Source: Vezdaea acicularis (taxonomy: Eukaryota). Taken from it: 64,000 bases of DNA. The notes below the pieces were generated by a model. The model made no database searches and was not told where the DNA came from. It saw only the letters and a list, made by a program, of their open reading frames with translations. The translations under genes were made by a program, and so were the position numbers. How positions within the stretch are numbered: the first letter of the stretch is position 1; every line of letters begins with the position of its first letter. The DNA lies in contig JAPEUI010000017.1 of NCBI GenBank assembly GCA_026025075.1, positions 62,001 to 126,000 on the forward strand, written 5' to 3'. This document shows positions 33,700 to 46,056 of the stretch, one piece after another.

Positions 33700-35570
33700 G
33701 TATCCTGACAGATGCCGGCGTTTTGTTTGCGGCAAGAAGGCGTACGCTCAATGAGACGTATACAGCTTATGAGGCTACAGTGGCTAGATTTAATAATATA
33801 TGACAGATATAATAATAGTCGTCCAATTAAATGAAACAATATGAAGATAATGAGTTTATATAAATATAATAAAATCATCATGGAGTCTCAAATATTCTAA
33901 CTATAATATTTTAATAAGATTATTCAAATGATGAACTACTGAGGTAGCGCCATCAAGCATATATAAAAAAGGAATTCAATCATTCTTTCTCTAAACTAGG
34001 TCCTCAATGGCAATTATCTTATTTAGCTGCCATAATTCTGCTGGCAAGCCTCCAAAAAAGACACAGCAGCGTCTTATACAATATAAGACGCCGTTGTAGC
34101 TTTCTCAGTGGCTTGCCAGCGGAGTTATGACGGGCTAAGCAAAATGAGCGCCACTTAAGGCCTAATCTAAGGAAAACAATAATTGAACCTTTTATCTATT
34201 ATAAATTGCCGCGGTAATTTTCTCGGTGGCCAGCCAGCAGAGCTATAGCAGGCTAAACAAAACAAACACTGCTTAGGGCTAGCTCAAGAGCAGCGCTAAT
34301 TGAGCCTCTTACTTATATATGTCAATGGCGCTATCCCGATAGCTTGTCATTGAATAGTTTCCTACTGTAATGACTGTACTAGCCCCTAGCTTCTATCAAG
34401 TCTTTTGGGATGAATAAGGGGTAAGGAGGCTAGCTTTGCTTCAGCTTTGCTTCTGCTTCGCCTAGCTCCCTAGCACCTAGCATAAGGCCAGGTGGTTCTT
34501 AGATCACCTGACATAGACAAGCGTAGCTATTAGAGCTGCCGCTTTCCTTAGGATAGCTCTTCAGCAATCGACTCATCTATTCATCTGAATAACTAGTAGG
34601 AAGGCATCCTCGCTTTGCTTCGTCTGACCTTTTTCCTATCTTGCCTTGCCTCGTCTTGCCTCGCCCCAGTACTATCACTGCACTTAGTCTTTGTCTACAA
34701 GTTCTTGAGTCCTTGAGAGTTAGTTCACACGCCTACAGACCCTCGCTCCCTGACGAAGCACTGGCCTGTCCTTACACCTACTATATACTATAGTTAGATC
34801 TTATAGGACTTCATTATATTTATATGATCTCATTGTCTATATATTGCCCCATTTAATCGGGCAATTATCATTATATCTGCAGCATATCATTATATCTAGC
34901 TATCATAGCCTGTGTACGCCTCATTGAGCGTATGTTTTCTTGCCGCAGGCAGGATGCAGACGTTGTATGCCTGTCACGCTCTCAGAAAAAAGGCAAAGAT
35001 TATGCCCATCCTTACATCATTGTCTCCATATTGCTCCATTTAATTAGGCAATTATTATTATATCCGCCGCATATCATTATATCTAGCTACTATAGCCTCA
35101 TTGCTTGCGTACGTCTCGTTGAGCGTATGTTCCCTTGCCATAGGCAGGACGCAGACGTTGTATGCCTGCCACGCTCTCAGAAAAGAAACAGAGCTTGTGC
35201 TCATGTTTACATTATAGCATATAAATAAAATTATTTGATGACGACTCGTCAAGATAGCGCCATCAGGCATATATAAGAAAAAAATTTGATCATCATTTCT
35301 TCTGAACTAGGCTCTAAGCGGCGTTAATCTTGCTTAACCTGCCATAGCTTCCCCGGCAAGCCACTAAAAAAGTCACAGTAGCGTCTTACAATAGTATATG
35401 AAGAAGATTATTTAATAACAAGCCCACAGGACAGCGTCATCGGGCATATATAAGAAAGAGGCTCAATTAGCGCTTTTTTTAAACTAAATTCTAAGCAGCG
35501 CTCACCTTATTTAGCTGTTATAGCTCTGCTGGCAAGCAACTGCAAAAGCCAAAACAGCTTTTTACATAAG
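33700..35570. repeat. Decayed array of two repeat units in direct and inverted orientation (probable transposon relic)
   Basis: Unit A (~170-200 bp): ~34825-34990, ~35015-35185 and inverted ~33715-33860. Unit B (~140 bp, TAGCGCCATCAGGCATATATAAG...GCTGGCAAGCC...GCGTCTTACA): ~33941-34080, ~35252-35390, ~35430-35567 and inverted ~34082-34195, ~34205-34340. Confidence 0.7.
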
Positions 35571-36550
35571 TTTAGCAGTTTTGATATTATTGATAATTAA
35601 CAATGATTATTTTTAGTAATAGCTCAATAATATTATGATATTGCTTTTGTTAGATTCTTATTATGTATTATATCTTTAACCTTTTAGGATCATTTTATGT
35701 GTAAAATATTTACTTATAAAAAAGCTCCATTTGATGCATTATCAATTTTATCTACAGGTTTGTATTAATTTTAGTCATTTATTATTAAAAAATAATCTAT
35801 CCTAGTCATCTCATACAAAAAATATTAATTCAAGTCATTTTGCAAAAGAAAACATTGATCCTTGTCATTAACTTTTTAAGTAATATATCAAATGATAATG
35901 ATAATGATGATGATAATGATAATGATGATGATAATGATAATGATAATAAATATTAATATAATATTTAGTATTAATATAAACTATTATAATCAAAATATAT
36001 ATCATATTTACTATTATTCTATTTTTATGCACTTATCTGTTTCAAATTTCAAATATAGCCAACTAACAAAGTTGAGTGATAGAATAGTCATTTGAGATAT
36101 ATGAGATTATTATTTTATTATACATTATTTTAATATATCTAATTAACTATACTTATTTAATACATAAAAATGAAAATATTTCACATATTTTGATAATAGT
36201 CATTTCTGCATAGCTGATTGCTTAATTTATAAAAAATGAAATATTAGAGCCTACATCACTAACATATGCTGGATATTATATATTTAATAATGTTCAGATA
36301 TTTATTTTAAATCCAATAAATTATCAATCAAAACAATAGTTAAGTGGTGCAATCAAATAACCTTGTTATACATGTAAAATCGCTATCATTAAAATGTTCA
36401 GAATGTTAACTTTTAAATTGTTATCTATGGCAATATCGACATAATGTTGATTTCTATTGCTGGTTAATTCTTTGAAATTTATTGCATGTATGAGCATTAT
36501 CTTTCATAATCAAACATATTACAATATTTCTTTCTCATGTCCTCTAGATG
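35570..36550. repeat. Very AT-rich block containing an (ATGATA)n microsatellite at 35892-35948
   Basis: Abrupt drop in GC content with TpA-rich sequence; the tandem ATGATA/ATG units are directly visible. Confidence 0.75.
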
Positions 36551-36943
36551 TACTTCTAATCACTATGAATGCCATCTTGCCATCGTTTAAGGCCTGCCGG
36601 ATCTCTTTGCGCCCAGAGCACTGATAAATTTCGCATTCGAGTGAACCTTTTTGGAATTCATTAGAAATGCTACTCTCTTGACAGATTTTCTCTCAAGCTC
36701 TTTTCAAATCTTGAGATTGCGTTCTCACTTGGAATTTCTGCGGCTTATGCCTTACGGGACGCAATATGAGCTTCAACCTCGTTCATACATATTGGAGGTT
36801 TGGAGGAATTGCATAAGCTGGCGACAATAGTCTGTTCGCATGCTCCGTCATAGCCAGTCACACTTATCTCATATCCATGACATATCTGAACCAACAGCCT
36901 GCCAACCCAGTTCGCCATGCCCCTTAAAATCATAAACCTGCCC

Positions 36944-39900
36944 TCATCGCCCTTCTCCTAGACTGCTGCGAGGGCTCTCTTTATTAGCCGGCTTCTCCGA
37001 GCTTTCGGAGAGGCTCGGCGGTGGACTGAAGCCGGGAGACAAAGAGACATTGCTGCCCAAGCCAGGCGGTAGCCCAAATGCCGGAATGCTGCCGTCCAAG
37101 GTTGTTGATCCGTCAGGTTCTGGAGATATTGGTTGCTTCAGCAGATCATCATAGAACTCTTTCAACGCTTTCGAATCCCCGCAAAACTCCTCAAGTTCAT
37201 TCTTGATCCGCTCCGGGGTGGTCCAGTAGTTTGAAGGAATTGACTTGGCAAGGTCTGATGACCCTAGCGTGTCCACGGTGGCTCGTACCCGTGGTGACGA
37301 GTAAGGTGAAAGTCGTTCTGATGCGCCGCTCGCGCTCTCGGGGCCGTTCACAGCAGGGCTTGGAAGAGCAAGCCCCATTCGGCGGTCCAAACTATCCTTC
37401 TTATCGAACTTTTTGGCATCTTTAGATGCACGGCTGTTGTGTAACCGGTTCGCTAAAAGTAGAAAATTCCCCTCATCGGTGATTTGTGCCAACACAATTC
37501 CAGAACGGTGTATGTACTGAGTGTATAAGTACTCAGGCTTCCCCCAAGAGAAGGTAACATCAACATTTTCGGGGAAATTCCTTGCAGCTTCGATATCCAA
37601 TACGAAGTTGAATTTCTTCATAATTGCCTTCTGATAACAATAGCGATCAGGCCGAACCTGAGCGCCCAGACATGCAGGCTCAAAGGAGGTCGGTGGCTGC
37701 TGTGATGGCGTAGGGACAGCTAGACGAATGAGAGAGGGTGCGCGGAAGGGATGCTTGCTCGTTATTGCACAAGCTTCACTGATCGGGACTTCCACCAGCC
37801 TTAGTCCATATTTCTCAGAGACGGTAGCCCATGAAAGAATACAATCTTCAATGAGCTTCGCAGTAACATTCATCCAATCAACTCTAATGTGATAGCAGTT
37901 GTCTGGGTTATGGAGGCGGTCGTAATGCAAGTTGATAATCTCGGGGCGATAGGACTTTTTGCGATGGTCGACGTCATACCTCATAGCTTTGCTGAGGACG
38001 ACCTTAAGCTTTTTGCCATTGTCCACGGTCGGCGTAGAGGCCGTCGAGGGCCCAACAATAGCCACCGTCGACTTTGGTCGCTCACCCTTTGGAGAGTTCT
38101 TGGACACTTCGGAGATAGGAGTCGAGGGGACGGATTTATCGGATCTCAACGTTCCAAACCAGCCCCCCCTTGACTCTGGTCTTGAAAGTCGGTATTCTGC
38201 CGCTAACTGATAGAAATAATTGCCGTCTCGAAGTTGATGTCTTCCCTGAACATGCTTGAATAGACCCTGTTCCATCAACTCGTTCCCCAATTCAACAGCT
38301 TCGTCTCGCGTATCAACGTCTTTGAAGTTCTCCAATACCCATGTCACAAAGTCATGTCCGATAAAACAATTCCAATGAAGTCGCCAATGCCATCTTCGAT
38401 CCTGCATTTGCACGCCCCTTTCGCTCTGTAGTGCTTGTGCAAGAATGCTAAGGTTAACGTTCGAGCGTTGAAATTGTTCGCTGTCCGAAAAAATATAGCT
38501 TCTTCGGCCATCTTTATCATTCTCAATGAGCGGAAGCCTGTCGAGCTCTGCATTTATTACAACCGAAGGGTCACGCGTTTGATATACAATGTCAAGCGGA
38601 TTCGGATCTTTCTTCTTCTTACGCACTGACTGAAAGTGACGTTCCGATGGTGGTAGATAGCGATGACGCTGCCATATCTGATTCAGCTTGCGTATACCTT
38701 CCAAACGGGTCTCTTCCTCGTTATCTTCATTCGCTGGATACAACGCCCGTCTATTACTCGTAGGCTGTGCCACTGGGATGAGGACGAATCTCGCACACCA
38801 GAAATTCAAATGATCCGTGAAATTTTCTTCGTAGCCAGCAATGAATGAGTCTACATAGTTCCAATTGTATTTAATTCGCGGTGTGCATAGCTCAAGTTCG
38901 CGAAGCTCAAACTCTTGAGCTAGAGTCGTCCGAATAGCTGGTCGGTAAGGCCTACCAAAATTAAAATCCTCAGTAACAGCTGGCGAGTTCCTGACTAGTT
39001 TCTTAATTTCGACCTCTCCACTCTCAGCACAAACAAGCTGATGTATGGTGTTGCCCATGGACATGAAGATAGTAGCACCATCGTGTGCAATTGGTCTAGA
39101 ACTGAGTGCAACGATCAACTTGTCAGCTGAGGGACCAAGAGCTTCCGCGACTGATTGGCCGACAACAATTTGGTAGCCTTGAGAGAGTCGAATTGCAATC
39201 AACTCTTTGAAAAGCTTCTCTCGACTTCTTGGTGCTTCATTGAGAGCTTCTTCTTCATCCTGCGAAATTTTATAGAAGCTTTCTTGGTACTCGGTCGCCA
39301 ACTGTTCTGCCGTGGGGAAATACTCGGTAGTCAAGGGCACCGCTGCAGGAGAACAAAGTGACTTCCACTTCACAGTAGAGACTTGGAGTGGCCTGGGGAA
39401 TACGTGCTGCCATCGACGAAATTGATTCCCAATATTAACATCGTTCTTCCTGGGATTTGAAGGATTCAGTAAACTAAGCCACGGTGCCATCGCACGACTA
39501 GGCGAAACTGTTGCGGGAGTTTTGGGGAAACTGGAAGAAAGGTCGATCTTTGGGCCAGCTTGCTTCGTAACAGAAGCCATCTGCAACACATCCAGCTTCT
39601 CCGATTCCATGCGATCTTTCGCAGCTGCCTGGTAGGAGAAGGGCACATTGAGCGAGGTTCCCGCCGCTCTGCTACTGTGCAGTGCACCGGCTGCACTCCT
39701 GATAGCTATCGGTTTAGTAGGTAGGCCTTTCGAGTCTTCATCACCTACAGAACGCCCAGAAACCGGCTCTGATTCGCGGTCAGTCCGAACATGGTAAGCC
39801 GCAGTCAAGTCGGTGCTTTTCGCAGCAGTCGATGAAGACCGAATAGACTTAGTCCGGCCCAATGGCTTCCGAAGCGGGTCCAGAGTCTCTCCCGCCGTAG

Positions 39901-42580
39901 CATGATCAGTATCGGTCTTCGTTGCTGCTTTAGATGGCAAGATCCCAAACCCTTTTAACCCAAAACTTATGTGCCTTGACTGCTTTTTAGACTTTGGCCC
40001 TGACGTGAAACCGCTGTCCTGAGCAATCCTTACCTTCTCCTTCTGGTGTGTAGGCGACGCCATTCCACGGCGCTCCAGCATCTGACGATCGAAGAATCCT
40101 ATAACAGCTGGAGTGTTTTGTCCATTTGGCGATCTCCCACCTTCGCTGTAAGAAGTCCCAAGAAGGAACGATTCATCATCCTTGGTGCGGAAGCCGTCAG
40201 GCCTTGTCACCTTGTGAGTACCTTTGTCATTGATATCTTGATGAATAGCCTTTCGGAAGTTCCCGAACGAAAATACGCAATCGTCGTATGAATCCATGCG
40301 CTTAGACGCGTCTCTGTCTTGATTAGAGCTCACGGTCTCAGCTCTAACAAGACCGGCAAGGACTCCTGTTGTCCTAGTCTTCTGTTTTGGCCTTGTCGGA
40401 GTGCTCTCGCCGGAAAACGTAGCTATCGCCAAGCCCTCCTTAGCATCATGTTCCATTTGCTGGGCGAGGTTATTTTGAGGGTAGTGCGGGCTTTCGTGCA
40501 TGTAAGGTATAGAAATGTTGCTCAGGGCATTCTCCATAACACCCATCATTTGGATTTCATACATACGGCACCGTGGAATGAAACGAGATGGATCCATATA
40601 GGATAGAAGGGAATAGTGGCTAGTTCTGACACCTTTCAGCTTTCCAATGCTAGCTGGGTATGGGCCCCCTGTCCAAAATGAGACATCGATCCACTGAGGT
40701 ACAGCGTATATCCAGTCACTTCTTCTCATGAGCGGTGAAGCCATTATCTTCGGGCTGCTTCCAGCCTCGGTAAATTTTGATGGAGAAATTCTTGCGTCTC
40801 GACTCGAAAAACTTCCTAGCATCAAAGGATTGGCTTGCACAGCAGGTTTCTTGTCAGACGTGTCGAGCGAGGAAAGCGCACGTTCATCTGCATCAATGTC
40901 TCCGCTTCTGTATTTGAAAAGAGGGACTGAATGTAGCGGCATCCTCGATAAACACACAAGATCAATGCCGATACCGTTGTTAATCAGAATCTCTGTCGTC
41001 CGTTCTAGCACTTTGCTGTCGACCTCGAAAACTGCAGTACTGGGAGTCAAGATTACGATTGATATGCCCGTGCGAACGAGATCCCTATCAATGTAGTCTG
41101 AGGAGAATTGCGAAGAAGCAAGATGAATTGCCTCAAGTATGTTTCCGTGTACGGCAGCCGAGGGACCACCCGTGATCCGCGGGATCCATGCCTCTGCAGC
41201 CTCTTGGACAAGCTTGGTGGTCGCCCCTTGCTTGTTACTCTTACGGAGCTTGATTGTCTGAGTCGATACATCGCGACGAAAGACCAGGAACTCCCTTTTC
41301 AATTGGTACAGAATCGTAGCCCATTCTCCACTCTCCACTTCACTGACAACCACTCGATAGAAATCCTTATATGGTGGCCTTTCTCCTGTCGGCTGACCGT
41401 CCTGATCGACACCATAGAATCCCAAATCGGGGGTTAAAGCGATGGGCGAGTCCTCGTCGTATTCCACTCTAGTGAACAGAATGATACTGACAAGGTGTTT
41501 CACATCCATCAGTTGCCACCTTTGGAAGAGATCCGGGAGAAAACCATTGGTTACTTTATCGAACATAATCTCTCCACTGCCATCCGAATCGAAATCCCAC
41601 ATCTCCTTGGACATCTGAATGAAGAGCATGAAACGGGCAGATTCGCTTCGAAAGACTGGTTTGGTATCCGCCGTAAATAGAGCAGATGTCACCCTCTTCC
41701 CCCGCACGTAGATGTTCTTGACAACGGTCTTGATCGTCCCCATGTAAAGGATCCTCTGGTTCTTGTAAATCGCCTTGTCGCTAAGCTCAGAGAGGGTCAG
41801 CCTCCACATATCGGCTCGTGAAAGATATGAATCTCTGAATGACAGCTCAATATGCGAGGCTTCATATTTACCCCTGTCAGCCTAGTCGGGGTGGAAAAAG
41901 TAAGCCGCCCATCGATCGATGCTGGCATTTGGTTGATATGGTAGGCTCACCAATGAAAGAAGGACCTGCATACGGTGCTTGAAGCCAAAAGATCTGGCCA
42001 CATGCGCTGCAACGGAGACCTATATAAGGGAATCAACAGCATGCGTGAACGGTACAGCGTTTTATCATACCTCCAACTTTGGTTGCTTCGACCGTTGTGC
42101 ACTGGTCAGATCCTTGACTACGAAACAGCAGGATTTTCCCATGTCAAGATGAAACCTCTCATCGACACCATCTTGCGATCCAGAAGTCCGCCGCGGGTCA
42201 CGGCGGGGTCGTCCTACACGGCGAGCATGACGTGCGGAATGATAGTGGTCCTGGAAATCTCGCACGGCGACTTGCGACCTTAAGGCAGCGATCTCTGCTA
42301 AATCGCCGATTCCTAAAGTCCCGTCAGGAAGCAGGCTGAGGTTCACGAGCACATCTTCTCTGGAGAAAGTGTCGTCGTGCACCAGCAGCGAGCAAAGCCT
42401 CTCGAAGGGCCGCAGGTGCGAGTCATCTTGATCCGGCCCAGGGCTGCCTGGGCGACTGGCCTGGGGATGTATTGCGGTGACTTCAGAATCTATGGTATCG
42501 GCCGAGCTGCTACCTGTGCTCACTTGCCTCAGGTGGGACACTCCCGGGCCCCGCACAGGGACCTTGCCACTGACGCTCAT
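36944..42580 (-). CDS. IML1: Vacuolar membrane-associated protein Iml1 (SEACIT/GATOR1 subunit, DEPDC5 homologue)
   Basis: Exons 42580-42071, 42019-41951 and 41881-36944; YLSRADMWRL, VFRSESARF..FIQMSKEMWDFD, KWKSLCSPAAVPLTTEYFP; DEP domain (DRRWHWRLHWNCFIGHDFVTW); HYDRLHNPDNCYHI. Confidence 0.96.
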
Positions 42581-43963
42581 TATTTATCACGATACGTCTC
42601 ATCGTTGTTGTGTGGAAGTCTCTAGATCGTTGCAGGTCCGGAGGCATACATGGTAGACAGGCCGGGTTGAAGCTCTGCATTTAAGCTTGAGGAAGCGGAT
42701 TGGCTGCAGCGAATTAAGCTCAAAGCTGCACGGTTGGTCTGATCGGATGGCGTAATCTGCGTTACGGTCAAGCAAGACAACCATCAACGTCACCAAGAAG
42801 GACAGCCACACCTAAAGCGATATGAAGGATCTTTGTCAAGGGACCGGAGGCTCAGCTGGCATGGAGTCCCGAGAAACGACCCATGTCGCCACAGGCGAAA
42901 GGCCGGGCAATGACCGGATTGTGGCGGTGCATTCACGAACACAAATGTCATGGCAGGACGGACGTCAGCACTCGCTATCTGATCGGAAGTTCGAGCAGGA
43001 AAGCTGGCAGATCGGATCGACGGTGACTACTGTGGGTGAGAAGGCCGGAGAGGAGCAGTGAAGGCCAAAAGCAAGCGGTTCGAGTGGTTGGATCAGGGAA
43101 AATTAGAGGCTTGGCACAAAGGGCTTGAATGGACTGCTGCACGCCACTGGGTTCACCGCTAAGAGCCAACTGCATGGGGCCCTACGGAGGCCCCAGACGG
43201 CATTCCGGGGCGGCGGTGACGATTGCCCTGCTTTGACGGGGCAAGGTGGAGACAAGAATACAGTAAGAGAGCGTACACGTACTATCACCGTACCTCGGGG
43301 CGGAAGAGCGCCTCTTAACAGTTTGCGCCTGCGTATATACATGTGCATTGTATTCACGGGTGTCCTCGCTGTGCCGGGTCTCTTGTCACCCGTTATCGTT
43401 GGCTGCGTAGCTAAAGGTATAAGCGTTCAGGCTACAGAGGAGAGATCCTTCAGCTGCTGTCGTGTTCGCTGTTCGCTGCACGATGCGCGAAGGTTTCAGT
43501 TAGCGTTCAGGCGCCCATAAGGTTATTTCATCACACCCTCCCACCCGGGCAGAGATTCGGGAGCGCAGCTACGCTCTCTGTGCGTGTAGTTGTGCGTGTA
43601 GTTGTACGTGCACGAGCCCTTACTGTTGCGAGGCTGGTGGCTCCCCGTAATCTCAATTTCGTCACCACGAATTTTTCTGGCTTTTCGCCAGAACTAAACC
43701 GCTTGGCGCGCCAAGTCTCTGGCGAAAGGAGCGGGTGTTTAAAGACAAACAATCCCATGCGCTGGACCTTGCTAGGACTGACAACCACCGTACCGTCCTG
43801 CCCAATTCACCAATTCCTCACTGCTTCATCATCCTCTACAGGCCCTACCTCGTAACCGAACAGAGAAGGGACAGTACTCAAGGGCGTGATCAGGAAGTTG
43901 TTGACGACCCTTGCGATCTCACAGGAGACAAAGGTCACCGATGAGGTGAGGAGGACACCAACA

Positions 43964-46056
43964 ATGCGTATGTTCAATCCGCACTACTCGCGAGGTCGCG
44001 TTGCGCTTTCTGCATCGCAAGCGGCTAGAATAGGTAGTAGAAGCATAACTCACACTTGGTAGACAAATTTCGATCTCAAGCTCGGAGGAATGCATGGTAC
44101 AACCATGAAGGTGATCCACCAACCTACAATCCCTTCGGCCGCGTACGGTCGAGAGCGACAGGGCTCTCAGACGATCTAGAGACGGGGAGGGCGGGAGGTG
44201 CGGGTTCGACGCCCTCAGAACCCTTCGTCTCATCGCCCAGCGCCGGCAACGGAGAAAAGAATGAAAGCGAGGAGAATGGCGGCGTTGGTCACCCGAGCGC
44301 TTTCCCACCTGAGACCGCAAGATCAATGGAGCCATCGTCGTCATTGTCAAAGGAGAAAAATCCCGAAACGAGCACCGACTCAGAAGCCACGGCTTTCAAT
44401 AATTCGCCCCCCCCGGCCTTCAACGAAGTCAACAGGACGGATGGCCCAAGGCATCGCCTTTTCGGAAGAATGTTCAAAAAAGGGAAGGAATCAGCCACGG
44501 ATGACAACATCAATCGAACCGAGACAACCGAGTCGACGAAGAAGAGGAGGCAAAGGTTTACTCTCAAGGGACAATTGCAGGCTACGTTGTTCAGCTCATG
44601 GATCAACGTTCTCTTGATTTTTGTCCCGATTGGCATTGCGGTCAACTACGCGCATCTGCCCCCGGCAGCTATTTTCATAACCAACTTTATCGCAATCATT
44701 CCGTTAGCGGCCATGCTGAGCTATGCGACGGAGGAAATCGCGCTGAGGATTGGGGAAACGCTCGGTGGCTTGCTAAATGCAACGTTTGGGTATGTCACTC
44801 TTGCCTGGCGATCAGAGCTTTGAAAGCTGATCTTGCATGCAGCAATGCCGTTGAGCTCATCGTCTCCATCTTGGCTCTCGTGAAAAAGGAGGTTTTGATC
44901 GTACAGACGTCTCTGATTGGCAGCATCCTCTCCAACTTACTGCTCGTAATGGGCATGTGCTTTTTCTTTGGTGGCCTCCGTCGAAATGAGCAACATTTCA
45001 ACGTGGTCGTTGCTCAAACAGCATCCAGTCTGCTCGCGTTAGCCGTCGGAAGCTTACTCATACCCACGGCCTTCCACTCTTTCTCAAATGGTGAGTACAA
45101 GATTCTTCCTGTCCGGCAACGGTGGCTAATGTCGGTATTCAGCTGGTGATAGCGGTATAACCCAAATCTCGAGAGGCACCTCAATAATTCTTCTCGTTGT
45201 TTACGGATGTTATCTCTTCTTCCAGCTCTCAACACATTCGCACATATACAATGCACCGAGCGAGAAAGTGGCTCCACGCAAGAAAGAGAAAGGGGCCGTG
45301 CAATCTGCATTCGGGCAAATGGGAAACATGGGCGCTAATGCAGGTGCCCCAGCTCAAGCAGAGAATCTTCGGAAGCCTGAAGAAGACGAGAAAGAAGACC
45401 CCCAGCTCAGCATGACTACCGCGTTGGTAACGCTGACAATATCAACTGTACTTGTTGCGCTTTGCGCGGAATACTTGGTCGGCAGCATGTAAGTATTTGA
45501 TAGACTTCATCTTACGGCTTAGTACATTTTCCTCAAGGGCACGTGCTGACGAAACCAGTGATGCCATAACAGCTAGTGGAGCGCTTTCAAAGACATTCGT
45601 TGGGTTGATTCTTTTACCAATCGTAGGCAACGCTGCAGAGCACGCCACAGCTGTGACGGTCGCAATTAAGGACAAGATGGACCTTGCCATCGGTGTTGCT
45701 GTGGGTTCGAGCATGCAAATCGCCTTACTCGTCATCCCCTTCGTCGTTGTGCTGGGATGGATTATTGGTATTGACAATATGACTCTTTACTTTGATGGCT
45801 TCCAGATAACAGTGTTATTTGTCGCCGTCTTGTTGGTGAATTACCTTATCCAAGATGGAAAAAGCCACTGGTAAGATTCAGTCTTTCCAATTAGAACAGA
45901 GTCGGACTAATTCTTTCGCAGGCTGGAGGGCGTCCTCCTTCAAGCAACCTATATTATAATTGCGGTGGCGGCTTGGTTCGTAAATTTACAGATACTTCCC
46001 ATAACTTTATCGCTAACTAGCATAGGTTCTATCCGGCAAATGGGAATGTTGCATAG
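43964..46056 (+). CDS. VCX1: Vacuolar Ca2+/H+ exchanger (CAX family)
   Basis: [40 protein letters not shown] and GSSMQIAL motifs; multi-intron; a 4-nt first exon ATGC (43964-43967) splices in phase to 44063; stop at 46056. Confidence 0.92.

Noticed and set aside
35892..36095. ORF MIMIMMMIM...
   Set aside because: It is a translation of the ATGATA microsatellite.
21500..36600. Island as a Starship or other giant cargo element
   Set aside because: No DUF3435 tyrosine-recombinase captain, no transposase, and no bounding direct repeats are evident.
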